Shown: in pieces, positions 36,750-49,723 of the stretch
Layout of the letters: each line of letters opens with the position of its first letter
Numbering within the stretch: the stretch's first letter is position 1
Assembly (NCBI GenBank): GCA_964016885.1
Contig: OZ024752.1
Coordinates: 22,444,001 to 22,508,000, forward strand
Direction: 5' to 3'
Length of the DNA: 64,000 bases
Origin: Eledone cirrhosa
Taxonomy: Eukaryota
Notes under the pieces: model-generated
The model's database searches: none
What the model was told of the DNA's origin: nothing
The model's input: only the letters and a program-made list of their open reading frames with translations
Made by a program: the position numbers and the translations under genes

Positions 36750-36790
36750 CTCCTGATGAAGGGCTTATGCCCGAAAGGGCCCCCCCCTCC
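36750..36790 (+). ncRNA. Hammerhead core at the end of a C-rich PLE-like 3' region (stem I not intact)
   Basis: CTGATGA A GGGC TTAT GCCC GAAA GGG..CCC TC; downstream tail CACTCTCAAGCGTGAACCTAATAC is shared with 8529-8552. Confidence 0.45.
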
Positions 36791-37299
36791 ACCACTCTCA
36801 AGCGTGAACCTAATACTAACACTTTGTACTGCACACTTTGTTATTGTCTTTGCTTTTTGTTTTAACTTATAAATATCATCATCATCATCGTTTAACGTCC
36901 ATCTTCCACGCTTGCATGGGTTTAGACGGGAATTGTCCCACTTGAGGCAAGATTGATTGTCTCGCTCGAATAGGACTGTCTGGCAGGTTTTCTATGGCTG
37001 GATGCCCTTCCTAACACCAACCACGTTTACAGTGTGGACTGGGAGGTTTTTACCGTGTTACCTACACGGCTACATTACAGCGTGGACTGTGTGTTTTTCT
37101 GTCGTGACACCTACACAACCTCATTTATTTAGGACTGGATGTTGTGGTACCAACATAACTTTACAGAGAAAGGGGTGGTGTTGATGAGGGTGGGGGAGTT
37201 GGGGTAGTGGGACGGGGGTGCATATTTGATTAAGAGATGCCTACTGACTATAGGTTTCGCTTTGTACTTAGGCAAGGCAGGTTTTCTGTATTATATATA

Positions 37300-37950
37300 C
37301 CAGATAGAAAAATGCGTACAGCAAAAAAAAGTAATATTGTTGGAATATAAACCTTTAAAAATACAGGACAAGAAACTAAAATAAAACTTTAAAAGAATAG
37401 GACAAGAAACTAAGATAAAACTTTAAAGAATTGGACAAGAAATAAAAAATGTTACAATAATATTAGTGGCAAAATTTTTATTGGTAAAAAATCGAGTTCC
37501 ACATTCATAGGCTCTGGGTTCCACATTCAGAGGTCGTCGTCAGACCGGGGGGATCATTTGATCCTGGTTTGAACACCAATTGGGCCATAACCATACCCCT
37601 ATTTCATCATTCGGTGACACGCCTCATGTGTCATGCATAATGTGAATGGACCCATGGGCCCATGAGCACAGATCTTGAGCAGCAGCGGACGGTCTTGTCG
37701 TCCCGCTCATCCTTGATCTTGACCAACCCGTCCATCTTCTCCTTGCATCTTGTCCTTGAGTTCAAGACCGGCAGTCCAGATGAATGCGTGCCACAGCTTT
37801 CTGGTACAGGAAGGGGGAGCAGGAGGACTGGAGGGATGACGGGACAGAGGGAGGGAGGACCGGTGGTTGAGGGAGGTGCCGTAGTCGATGGTCAGAGTCG
37901 ACATCTTGTCCCGGTCGTCTTCTCCATCTTCGTCAGGTGTTGCGGGACCA
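37300..37950 (-). mobile_element. Second, partial copy of the right end of the 17603-27927 element
   Basis: Reverse complement of ~27245-27927 with one fewer 34-bp unit; terminus TA|CCAGATAG; diverges after GCGGGACCA. Confidence 0.9.
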
Positions 37951-38369
37951 TGCTTGGCCAAACTCCATTTCAACCAAGTCAAGATTTTTCTTTATCGCGT
38001 CTATGTTCAGATTATTCATAAAGAAATTAGTTTCCTGTGAGACAATAATGTATCCTTCACATTTCTTAGATGAGGATAAATAGTATCACAGACAGTCCTC
38101 CTTCTTATCAGGATAGTAGCACAAGAAGAAGACAGCTTGTCTAGGACAAGTCGGATGGCCTCTGTCATCAAATAGTTTGTGTTTGCAAACAGCAATCTTT
38201 TTTCTACTTTAGTTATATACTAGCAGAATGACCCGGCGTTACTCAGGATTTGCTCTAGGGTTCTTATATATTTGATATATATTTATCCTTATCGATCCTC
38301 GTAAAATAAATATGTTTGTTTATATTTTGTTATTGTGTATGCAAAAATATCTGTACACGAATAAATAAT

Positions 38370-38943
38370 TTATATATATAAAACTGAGGATGTCTGTCTC
38401 TGTGTGTGTGAGTTTGAATCCCTAAAACTAGAGAAGCACCCAACCGATTGTTTTCAAACTTTACACATGTAATACTTATGTTTCAGAGAGTGTTCAAATT
38501 TTCAATGTCCTAGGGACCGCATTGGGCGATTTAGCGATCTCTCTCTATAATTCTTAGTCTTTCTCTTTTTAGATAGATACATACATATAACGTTGCGCCC
38601 TTATAATATCTGTCTGTATGTCTGGCTGTCTACATTACGTCACTTCCTTCAATTCGCTCTGCGCCCAGAACGCGCTCTTATAATATCTGTCTGTATGTCT
38701 GGCTGTCTGCTGCCTCTGGTTATTCTGCCACCCTTGCTCAAGACAAATCTCACACTCATTCCCCAAACAGTTGATAAGTGCACACAACTTCTTCCTCACG
38801 TTTTAAGCCACAGTGTTGCTTACTTACGTACCACCAGACCCTTACTTCTTTGCCAGCCGTGGTTGTGGCAATACTAAGCTTAGCTAAGGCGGTTATATAT
38901 TTCACAATACCTTATCACATGCAACGCCGGGTACCACTGCTAG
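38370..38943 (+). mobile_element. Non-autonomous Helitron (HLE1-type)
   Basis: Starts TATATATAAAACTGAGGATGTCTGTC..CAACCGATTGTTTTCAAACTTTACAC; ends GCAACGCCGGGTACCACTG CTAG|T; related ends at 38220, 45940 and 48770. Confidence 0.7.
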
Positions 38944-39011
<68 letters not shown>

Positions 39012-39049
39012 TAAAAATAAAGTTTACTGATCTTATTGGCCTTTTCCTT

Positions 39050-41281
39050 CTTTTCTCTATCAAGGACGAATTCCCCAACGCGGGCGGTGGTTTGTACCGT
39101 GACGATGGTCTTTTGACCATGACTAAGTGCGGACCTCGTGCTTGTGACAGGTTCAGAAAAGAACTCACAGCCTTCTTTAAAGGCTTCAACCTCTCTATAC
39201 AGGTTGAGGCCAATCTTTCGGTCGTTAACTACCTGGACGTTACCCTCAATTTATTGAATGGGTTGTATTACCCGTATAGAAAGCCGAATGATACGCTTAA
39301 TTACATAAGTAAGCATTCCAACCATCCTGCCAGCATAACCAAGAACCTGGTAAGAAACTTTTCGTTGAGGCTTTCCCGTCTTTCCACCACCGAGCGCATT
39401 TTCAACGACCATTCCACTTATTACAATGAAGCTCTTGCTCGAAGTGGATTTGTCGAAAAGGTAGCATATACAGAGTACGAAAATAGACCTAGAAGAAATA
39501 GATCCCGTCGCATTTGTTGGTTTAACCCACCATATAATATGGAGGTGACCACACCATTAGCTAAGATCTTTCTTTCCCTTATTACGAAGCATTTTCCCCC
39601 TACACATAAATATAGTAAAATTTTTAATAGAAATACTATTAAAATTTCTTACTCTACGACTCCTAACCTTGCACATAACATCACAGCTTCAAATTTAGCT
39701 AAATTACCTAGCCGTAGGAACACGTGAAACCATGTAGTTAGTACTAACTGTAATTGTAGGAATCGGGCTGATTGCCCCCTATCCGGGAAATGCCTCTCTA
39801 GTAACATTGTCTACAAATGTAAGGTTGTAACACCCACGCCCCGTAGGTCCTACATAGGGTTAACCGCCAATAGTTTCAAGCAGCGTCTTTACATGCATAC
39901 CCATTCTTTTCGTTACCCTCTAAGAAGGAATATGACGTCACTTTCAGCTTATATCTGGAGTCTAAAAGACAACCACACCCAATATAAGTTACACTGGGAG
40001 ATCCTAGCTAGGGCTAGATCGTATAACGGAAATAAAAGAACATGTGACCTCTGCGCCGCTGAGGCCCTGGAAATACTCCACGCTACAGACCACATCTTAA
40101 ACAAAAAATCTGAGGCAATTTCGGCTTGTAAACATAAATTGCACAAAACTTTCCTGTATTACAGCCCCACGTTATACCCTAACGGATAGCACGATCTATA
40201 CGTGGATATTTTACGTCTTGATGTGGGAGCTAAGTATATGTTTTGATTATTCCTTTACTTATTTGCATAGGTAAGTATATATTACCCGTATGTTTTGTGA
40301 AGGTATGTATACCTTCTCGTACGTATATTTGACTGTTATGGCGTATAATTTTTACATATTCTGGTATTTAGGGTTTGGCTATGTGTATACGGGAGTTTTG
40401 CGTCTGCGTGAGTATGCAGTATCGTACGTATGGTGGGTGTGTGTATATGTGTACTTCTTGTTTTAGTTGACTTACGTATCCGAACATTCGTGTATTTATT
40501 TGTAGGTATGTGTGTGCGCTTGTTATATACGTATTTATTTACTTATATACGTTTATATAATTATTTATTTATTTGTACACAAGCATACACACACACACAT
40601 ATTTATATGTGCGTGGTTTTGTATACCCATGGTAAGGTTTTGCGTATGCTTGTGTATGTACGTATCTGTTTGCGTGTATGTATTTATTTGTTTCTATTAC
40701 TTCTGTATTGTATTTATTTACTTTGTTCTTAACTCTGTAGCGGAGATTCATTTGGTCTCCTAGTTAGAATTTTAGGCTACAACTTCTGCTATACCATTTA
40801 CGTGGTTTTGTCTTTGCGTGCTATTGTTCTCCACGCTCCACATATGACTTATTATCTTCATTTTTTCGTTCATTGCCAGAGAACGTCTCTATGCACCACC
40901 TAAGAGAACATTAGTCTACGACCTCTTTTATACCATAAACGTGGTTTTGTCTTTGCGCGTAATTGTTTTTCACCGCTCCTATTAATGACGTATTATTCGT
41001 TTTTTCCCGTTCTTTGCCAGCGAACGTTACCACGAACCAAAGTATCGTCTTCCTGTCTTCCTCCGGTTGCAACGTTTTTTGAAATATCCAGTTCTGCGTT
41101 TACAGATTGACTTTGTTAGTTTCAGAAGATCCCGTTAAGGGTGAAAGCAACGATTCTTTGCTTAAACTTTAATCTGTTATTTTAATAAATATTTGCTCTA
41201 CGGTTCTTATATATTTGATATATATTTTCCTTATCGATTTGGATATTATCTTTGGATTTTAGTCTTCAATTTTATTATTAT

Positions 41282-41285
<4 letters not shown>
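39050..41285 (+). mobile_element. 5'-truncated Penelope-like element (RT C-terminus + GIY-YIG + 3' pseudo-LTR)
   Basis: GLYRDDGL, NYLDVTLNL, YRKPNDTLNYISKHSNHP, WFNPPY, CNCRNRADCPLSGKC...IVYKC...SYIGLT..FKQR, CDLCAAE, LNKKSE..SACKH. Confidence 0.92.
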
Positions 41286-41317
<32 letters not shown>

Positions 41318-41329
41318 GTGCGTCACGCC

Positions 41330-42539
41330 TATAATGAAACAATTGTTTGGAAAGAGAGATATACTTTAACTTTAATTATATCTCATAAAATAATACAACT
41401 GGTATTTCCACAGTATACATATTGTTAGCACCCCAAACACTTAAATTGGGTTTATATTTTAATATAACCTAAAGTTTGTTGAGTGAGATGGTTACCAGTC
41501 AGAGTTTAGCTTTAAACTATCTCTGTTATTGTATTAAATATTTACTCTTGATTGGCCAGAGGTGTTTATTTCCAGGTACCTTATGAATTTGACTTTCCGT
41601 ATTTATTACTGTTGTGAAATATTGTGGCTATTTTTGGTTGTAACTTCTCTGTTTTTTAGCCTAGGAAAATATATATATATGCCTACGTATATAATTACAT
41701 GCATATATGTATTTATTTTCTTTTATTAATTGAGTTCTTTACACGAGGAATTAATATTGGTTTTGAAATAACTAATTAACCCGCGTGTTTTTTATATTTT
41801 ACTCTTAATAATTCGGCCGGAGAATTATATTCCCATTTGCCCTTTATAGCATAACTTTCTGCATTTACTGCGGTTATGAGAAGCGGTTCTTATTCGGGTA
41901 CAACTTCTGATTTAGCCTAAGAAAATATCTATATGCGTGTGTAAGTTATACAAGCATATATTTATTTTTTTATTTTCAATTGAGTTCTTAAACACGTTGG
42001 ATTGATAATGTTTTCAAAAAAACTAATTAACCCGCGTGTATATTATTTTTTTTTCCTCATTTCGTGGATCGTGGGTTGTCTTCCCTTCCCGCTTCGTGTC
42101 GCTATGATACTTCCTTAGTCAAAAACTGCTGGAATTTCAAATTTGGCGGTCATTCGAGGTGCGAGAGAGCAACTTTACGGACATGATTTTTGACAGCGGT
42201 AAGAAATTGTTTTTTATATCATTGTTTAATGGGCTTCCACTGATGATTTATAAGTGCCCACCTAAATATATTCTTACATGAATATATATTAGGCTTCTAC
42301 ATAAACTGGAAACATTCTCCCAAACTTGTAGAAAACTTATAATGAAACAATTGTTTGGAAAGAGAGATATACTTCTTTAATTATATCTCATAAAATAATA
42401 CAACTGGTATTTCCACAGTATACATATTGTTAGCACCCCAAACACTTAAATTGGGTTTATATTTTAATATAACCTAATGTTTGTTGAGTGAGATGGTTAC
42501 CAGTCAGAGTTTAGCTTTAAACTATCTCTGTTATTGTAT

Positions 42540-42545
<6 letters not shown>
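41330..42545. repeat. ~210-bp direct repeats (41330-41560 and 42338-42545) flanking a non-coding spacer with an internal ~130-bp duplication
   Basis: TATAATGAAACAATTGTTTGGAAAGAGAGATATAC...CTCTGTTATTGTATTAAATAT occurs twice; AACTAATTAACCCGCGTGT occurs at ~41770 and ~42021. Confidence 0.8.
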
Positions 42546-42591
<46 letters not shown>

Positions 42592-42728
42592 TGTAATGAA
42601 CAACATAAGATAATTATTTCATTTAAATGAAACAATTATCTTATGTTGTTTATTACATAACTATTAAGCTCTGTAACCTATATAGAGCACTCTTTTTTTT
42701 TCCTGGACCTTTCCGACGGAATTACTTC

Positions 42729-42814
<86 letters not shown>

Positions 42815-42821
<7 letters not shown>

Positions 42822-43220
42822 TAACAGATTAAAGTTTAAGCAAAGAATCACTGCTTTCACCCTTTGCGGGATCTTCTGAAACTAAAAGAATCAATCTGTG
42901 AACGCAGAAGTAAATATTTTGAAAAACGTTACACACTATATATATACACACACTATATATACATATATACACACACACACATATAGCGTCATAATGTCGT
43001 AATGCAGACAGCCAGACATACAGATAGATATTATAAGGGAGCAACGTTATATCTATGTATAAAAAGAAAGACTAAGAATTATAGAGAGAGATCGCTAAAT
43101 CGCCTAATGTGGTCTCTAGGGCATTGAAAATTTGAAATTTCTTTTGCTCAAAACACTCACAGGAGCATAAGTATTACATTTGTAAAGTTTAAAAACAATC
43201 GGTTGGGTGGTTCTCGAGTC
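42815..43220 (-). mobile_element. Helitron 5' portion fused to a PLE hammerhead-bearing tail
   Basis: 43000-43220 matches 38430-38640 (reverse complement); 42815-42930 matches 34225-34340; same junction at 48135-48600. Confidence 0.65.
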
Positions 43221-43939
43221 GTTGCTAAGACGTTGATTCACCAAAATAATACGTTTTTATACGTGAATTAATTTCTCTCTGGGAAATTTCTAAAAAAAAA
43301 GCAGTAAGGTAATCTGTAATCCAAGACTGTATGCAGATGAATGTGATCTTTTTGCACCAAGTGACATGCAGCATACATGTATGGAAAGAAACTAAAAGTT
43401 GCTAATAAGTTTCTGTACGTTGAACAATTGATGGGACGGCTGCATGATGGTATTACTATCAAAATAAAGGTGAAAATGTATCTCCTCTTAGTGTAGCACC
43501 TGAAGGAACTGGAGAGATTTCACCAACAATCTCTTCGTAAGTTACTTGGTGTGCGATAGAAAGTGATCATCAGTGATTTGGAAGTTCGCGAACGGGATAT
43601 GTGCGTCATCTTTCGCTATCAGTTGTCCGGATGTTTTTGATCATCATATTCTAAAGCAATTGTGTGAAGGTAGACACAACTGTGTGAAAGAATACAGAAA
43701 CCAAAAATGCGGTGTCGGGACTGTATCAGGGAGAAACTGGCCTGTGAAGTGGAGACGTTTGATCAAGACAATTGTTTTTTTATATAGTTGGTATTTAGTC
43801 CATACAACTTCAGTTCACTTTGCTTTATGAGCAGGTATCATAGAGGGTTCAGTGAGAGGACGAAAAGCAGCACTGATAAAATAAGATACCTTTCTGGTAG
43901 TGTATTGTATCAATTTTCTGACCAGTTCTTGGTCAGGCA

Positions 43940-44480
43940 TTCAACAGCAGCTACTTGTTAATTCAACCATGAGGTACACTATCAAAACCCTTCTGATTGT
44001 CCAGCCACACCACAGTCGTGTTCGTACGGTTCTTAGTTTATCTAATCAGCACAATGATCCTGCAAGAACAGATTAAGACACCCAGATACATAATGTTCTG
44101 GCAGGCTATTGGGTAGTAATTTTTAGCATGGGTGATCTGGGTATTTCCCTAAATAGCCAGATCACCCTTGATGAGACATTACGCAGTTTTCTTTACTGTA
44201 ATGGGTTCTCTATCTTGCCGATAGAATGTGAAATTATTCAGCCAGTATCCTGTTATGAAGTCTGTAGAGCTGTTTCCAATAAATGGTTTGAATGTTTGTT
44301 TGCTAAATCCGTCATTTGTTTCCCATATAGATGTCCAATTCTCAACCTCTTCTTTTGTCGGGGTGTCATTTACAGAGATTGAGCTGCTTCCATAAACTGC
44401 GATAAACTGATTTAGGTGTAGTTTGGAGTTTGTATCTCCAAATTGTCTCTATCGTCTTCCTGACACCATCAGAATGTGCT
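43940..44480 (-). pseudogene. Highly degenerate R4/Dong-like RT fragment
   Basis: Minus-strand remnants TPTKEEVENW.SIWE, AKNYYPIACQNIMY and WLDNQKGFDSVPH. Confidence 0.55.
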
Positions 44481-46074
44481 CGGGGACAAAATTTTATATT
44501 TTAAATTACACATCCACACTAGTTCAGGCTTTCTGTTTCTATTTTGTTTGCATGGTTTTAGAATAGCTGAATATGATAGCTGAAACATATAACAAAATAT
44601 TAAGCAATTCAGATAATTGTCAACTATTTCATTCACTGAAGCAATTCCCATTTAGATCTTTTTTGATTCTGGTGGTTTTTTTGGTAATGGTCTGTTTTGT
44701 CATAATTAGATTTAAAGCTTGGATTTCCTTTCAATAAAATAAAGAACTCACACTACTTTTATAGTTATAATTTGATTATTTCATTTTTTTACATATAATT
44801 CAAGACATAAGTATTTTCTGTTTATTTATGCTTGTTTGAAGGGGCTGCATATTTTCTGGAGTAATCAATACTGTTCCAAAATAATTGACATCTTCTAAAA
44901 GCCACTCTAGGTTCGAGCTGTGTGTTTTGGATCATTACTTACGGTGCAAACAAGATACTTATCTGCGAACAAGATAAAAAGAAGGAAAAAATTAGTGTGA
45001 TAGTGAGGAAAAGTTATATATGTGGACTTTAAACGGTGATGATGATGATGACGATGATTATATATGTAATCATCATCATCACTAATTAAAGTCTGCAGTA
45101 ATATGGGCTTTGTGGAAAAGGCAAACAGAGATAACAAAGCAAATGATATGATACACTGAAAGAATATATTATTACTTTTCTCCCTGAAGGGTCTTAACAT
45201 TTCGGACGCTAGTCCTTCATTAGAAAATAGAGTCAGAAATTAAAGAAGAAATAGAAAGATAGAGGAGAGTGGGCAGCGGCAGAACCTAAAAAAATTTCTG
45301 GAAAAAAATAATCTCTCTTGTCTATGCAAAATGGACGGTAAGATGAGGGCAACGTAAAGACGCTAAGATGAGGGCAACGTAAAAGAGAAAAACATTCCAG
45401 TCTATTCACTTTGAAATTAGATCTATATTTAAAATCTTTAAACCACTTTCAAGTGTTTTTTAAAGTTTGCTGTAGAAGCAGGAGGATGTCAATTATTGTA
45501 TGTATTATCTCATGGAATCAAATTTCTTGTGTAGATTGTTGTGTTTAAGTTGTGTGTGTGCATGTAGATGTTTCCTTAAGAATTGTGTGCTGAGTTCTAA
45601 TCTGTTATTTATGTTTGTTGAGTCTACATATAATCAAGGCTTCCCTAATTCTTAAATTGCCCACATTTCTGACTCTGGCTTCAATATTGACTATTTACAA
45701 TAGTTTATAACTTTGCCCATTAATCCGTATGGTGAGCAAATAGGGTCCCACGAGCTGGCCTACCCACAGCCACTGCAGACAGGATGGAGAAGGTGTTTCC
45801 CCGGAGGATGGTAAGGGAGATGCACTGGAAGAGCCATTTCAACTCCCGAGGCTCACACTTTTTTTAGTTTCAGAAGATCGCGTTAAGGGTGAAAGCAGCA
45901 ATTCTTTGTTTAAACTTTAATCTGTTATTTTAATATATACTAGCAGAATGGCCCGGCGTTGCTCGGGATTTGCTCTAGGGTTCTTATATATTTGATATAT
46001 ATTTATCCTTATCGAGCTGCGTGAAATAAATACGTTTGTTTATATTTTGTGTATGCAAAAGTATCTGTACACGA

Positions 46075-46116
<42 letters not shown>

Positions 46117-46169
46117 GTGAGGTTTTTTTTACAAAATGAAAAGTAACCGAGGTGTCCTACACGAGTGGA

Positions 46170-46803
46170 AGTATAAAGAAAAAGGGATGAAATCGAAAAT
46201 ACAACTGAAGTCTTATTTTTTTTTAAAATATATATATTTATTTGGTTCCTCTACCGGTTTCGCAGTTCTTCTGCTTTTCAAAAGGTGAGTTGAGATGGAG
46301 GGTCTGTGGTTTTTCTCACATCTGGTTGGTCTCTAAATGTTACTTGTTTTATATGGAAAAAGTGGCTCGAAAACCAGGTTTTTCGAGAAGTAATTTGATT
46401 GGTTTGTCAATAATTATAATAAATTTCGCGCCAGTTCGCGTTACAATAGTTCTTCAAATAAGAGAGGGGAGGGGGGGGGGGGTTGTCACAGGTTGTTTTT
46501 TCATATATGAGTGTTTGAATTTCTTTTACTTGAAAAAATGAGGCTCACGAAGGCTTTTTTTGGTTGGTTATAAATGAAATTTGGCTGTCACGTGAACAAG
46601 TTTTCATTACATTTTTGCGCCCTTATTTGGAAAACTATTCTGTAGTCTTTATAGTGAATGTTATGACAATGGAGAGATAGTGGTCAAGGGAAAAGGGATT
46701 GGGAGAAATGTTCTGGTTCAGTAAATATGGCCAGCTGTCAGAGTTCAGGTGTCAGAGTTCAGATTTTCTATTGAGACTGAAGATATGTGTTTATCTGTGT
46801 GCT

Positions 46804-46852
<49 letters not shown>

Positions 46853-48065
46853 TGGAAGATGATTCTATTAGTAGAGATGGGGGAGGGAGTTGTGTGTGTG
46901 TGTGTATATGGGTGTTATGTGTGTGTGTGCGAGTATGTTAGATAGAGAGAATATATATTTTGTGTGTGTGTATATATATATGTGTGTAGGAAAGTGGTTC
47001 TATTAGTAGAAATGGGGAGGGTGTTGTTGGTGTGGGGGTTGTTATGTGTGTGTATGGGTGTTATGTGTGTGGGAGTATGGTTAGCATGTTAAGATGAAGA
47101 GAATATATATATATATATATATTGTGTGTGTGTGTATGTGTGTGTGTAGGAAAATGATTCCTTTAGTAGGAATATTTTTGAATGAACATATTTTCCTGAC
47201 TTTTTCGTGTTTGCTGTTGTATTGCCAGTGCAAACGTCTGTTTAAGGTTTATTTAGTTCGGGTTTTTATTTTCTAAAGTAGAAGGTGTTATGTGTGTGTG
47301 TGTATGTCATATTGTGGTGTTGACATAATGTATATTAAACCTTATTTAATGTTGGTCTATATTTTTGAATAAATATATTTTTCTTATTTATTCGCATTTG
47401 TTCTGTTGTATTGTTAGCGCAAAGGTAAAATGGGAAGACTTGGAATTTGGGTGTCTTATTACTTGCGCAAATGTCTAGATGTGCACTTAGTGGTATCTGT
47501 CTCGTGGTTGGATCTCGTAATTGTTGGCGATGAACTGTCATTCTGTTTCTGAGTGTGAGTTTAGTTTGTCCTATATAATCTTCATTGCATCCTTTACATT
47601 TAATGGCATAAAGTAGATTTTTTGATGAGCAAGTGAAGTGATTTTTTACAGTAAAATTTTGTCCTGATTTAAATGTATACGTGTTGCCTTCAATGAGGTG
47701 AGTGCAGGTTCCACAATTAGAGCGACCACATTTTTTGATACTTGGTTGTGGGTTTGTGGTAGGTAATTTGGCATTGGTGAGTAATGTTTTCAGTGATTTG
47801 TAACGCGAACTGGCGCGAAATTTATTATAATTATTGACAAACCAATCAAATTACTTCTCGAAAAACCTGGTTTTCGAGCCACTTTTTCCATATAAAACAA
47901 GTAACATTTAGAGACCAACCAGATGTGAGAAAAACCACAGACCCTCCATCTCAACTCACCTTTTGAAAAGCAGAAGAACTGCGAAACCGGTAAAGGAACC
48001 AAATAAATATATATATTTTTTAAAAAAATAAGACTTCAGTTGCATTTTCGATTTCATCCCTTTTT

Positions 48066-48070
<5 letters not shown>
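46170..48070 (-). mobile_element. 5'-truncated Penelope-like element with an inverted pseudo-LTR
   Basis: GIY-YIG remnant KCGRSNCGTC...CSSKNLLYAIKCKGCNEDYIGQT..LRNRMTVH (47335-47790); ~275-bp inverted repeats at 46170-46445 and 47800-48070. Confidence 0.85.
47959..47996 (+). ncRNA. Minimal type-I hammerhead ribozyme, C3U/G8A variant (mirror copy at 46248-46285, -)
   Basis: CCTT TTGAAAA GCAG AAGAA CTGC GAAA CCGG TA AAGG; palindromic ACCGGT stem III; GUA cleavage triplet. Confidence 0.75.
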
Positions 48071-48140
<70 letters not shown>

Positions 48141-48929
48141 TTACAGATTAAAGTTTAAGCAAAGAATCGCTGCTTTCCCCCTTAACGGGATATTCTGAAA
48201 CTAAAATAAAAAAATCAATCTGTGAACGCAGAAGTAAATATTTCGAAAAACGTTACACACTATATATATATATATACACAAACACTATATATACACATAC
48301 ACACACACACAGCTACGTCATAATGTCGTAATGCAGACAACCAGACATACAGACAGATATTATAAGGGCGCAACGTTATATCTATGTATCTACCTAAAAA
48401 GAGAAAGACTAAGAGAGATCGAGATCGCTAAATCGCCTAATACTGTCCCTAGGGCATTGAAAATTTGAAATATTATTTGCTCAGAACACTCATAGGACCA
48501 TAAGTATTACATGTGTAAAGTTTGAAAACAATCGGTTGGGTGGTTCTCGAGTTTTAGTGATCAGACAGACAGACAGACATTCTCTGTTTTAGATATATAG
48601 ATATATATATAATTATATATTCGTGTACAGATATTTTTTTTATAAGCACAAAATGTAGACACCATCCCGAGGCTGAGGTATTCCTTACTTCTCTGTACTG
48701 TTTCAGAAAGGAGGGATAAACATGCCAATCTATGTTTGGAATCCCGAGCAACGCCGGGCCATTCTGCTAGTAAATTAAATATTAAAACATTATAAAGTTG
48801 TATGATGCTATTTGCCACAACATTGCTTTTAACTACTTCAATGGTGACTTCTGTGATACAATACACAAATATTAACATTCTCAACACACATACACACATA
48901 TATATATCTATTATCTACTTCAAAAGGTG

Positions 48930-49193
48930 TGTAGTGGCTGAGATGGTCGCTTGGTAGCTAGCAGTTCCCTCCTCTTAACAACCCTTCAGGGAAGGGAGGC
49001 AAAAATACACCCGGACACAGCCACAGGTTCACTCACTCTTTTTGGACCACGGACATGAACAGACGTGGAAAGATCCGCTCCTCAAAATATTGACGTTGGA
49101 GGAAATTTACTAAATTATTGCATTAAATAAAATGATTGTTAGACTTGATTGTGCATTTATTTATTCGACAAAGAGAAACATCACTTTTCTTTA
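48930..49193 (+). repeat. 5' LTR
   Basis: TGTAGTGGCTGAG...TTTTCTTTA, followed by the PBS. Confidence 0.95.
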
Positions 49194-49723
49194 TTGGCGA
49201 CCCTGACGATAAAGAATGAAAACGCAGCCTATTGGAGTCCGAAATTCTTTTTAACGGCAATGTGGAATGGCTTAACATTTGGAATGTCCGAATCACTTAG
49301 CGTAAGTCCATAAAATTCATTATATTCCATTTGTTATAGCACGCATACAGACAAACACAAAAAATACAACACACAACAAAAAAAAAAAAAAAAAAAGGAT
49401 TTCTCTGGAAATAGAATTTTGCTTCCAACATTCTGTGGAAATTACAAATGGAGATATTTCGTTTTCCCGCGTTCAGCCTGTCTTCTCCAATCCCAGCCAT
49501 CTGATTGGCTGCATCGTGCCTCATGACGGCTTCATCACGGACACATTTTTAAATCAGCCATCTTGGATTTTCTTACCATTAATTTTCATAGAAAATGATT
49601 TTTTTTTATTATTAAAATTTTCTTTGGAATATTTTTTTTTAAAGAAAAAAATTACCAGCAATCAGCAGCAACACATGGCTAACTATTGACCAACACCAAA
49701 AAAATCATCAAATACGTGGCACC

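Noticed and set aside
42240-42260. CTGATGA hammerhead or snoRNA box
   Set aside because: No stem II/GAAA partner and no box pair nearby.
43300-43860. RTE-like remnant (KELERFHQQSLRKLLGV)
   Set aside because: Probably real but too decayed to delimit as a feature.
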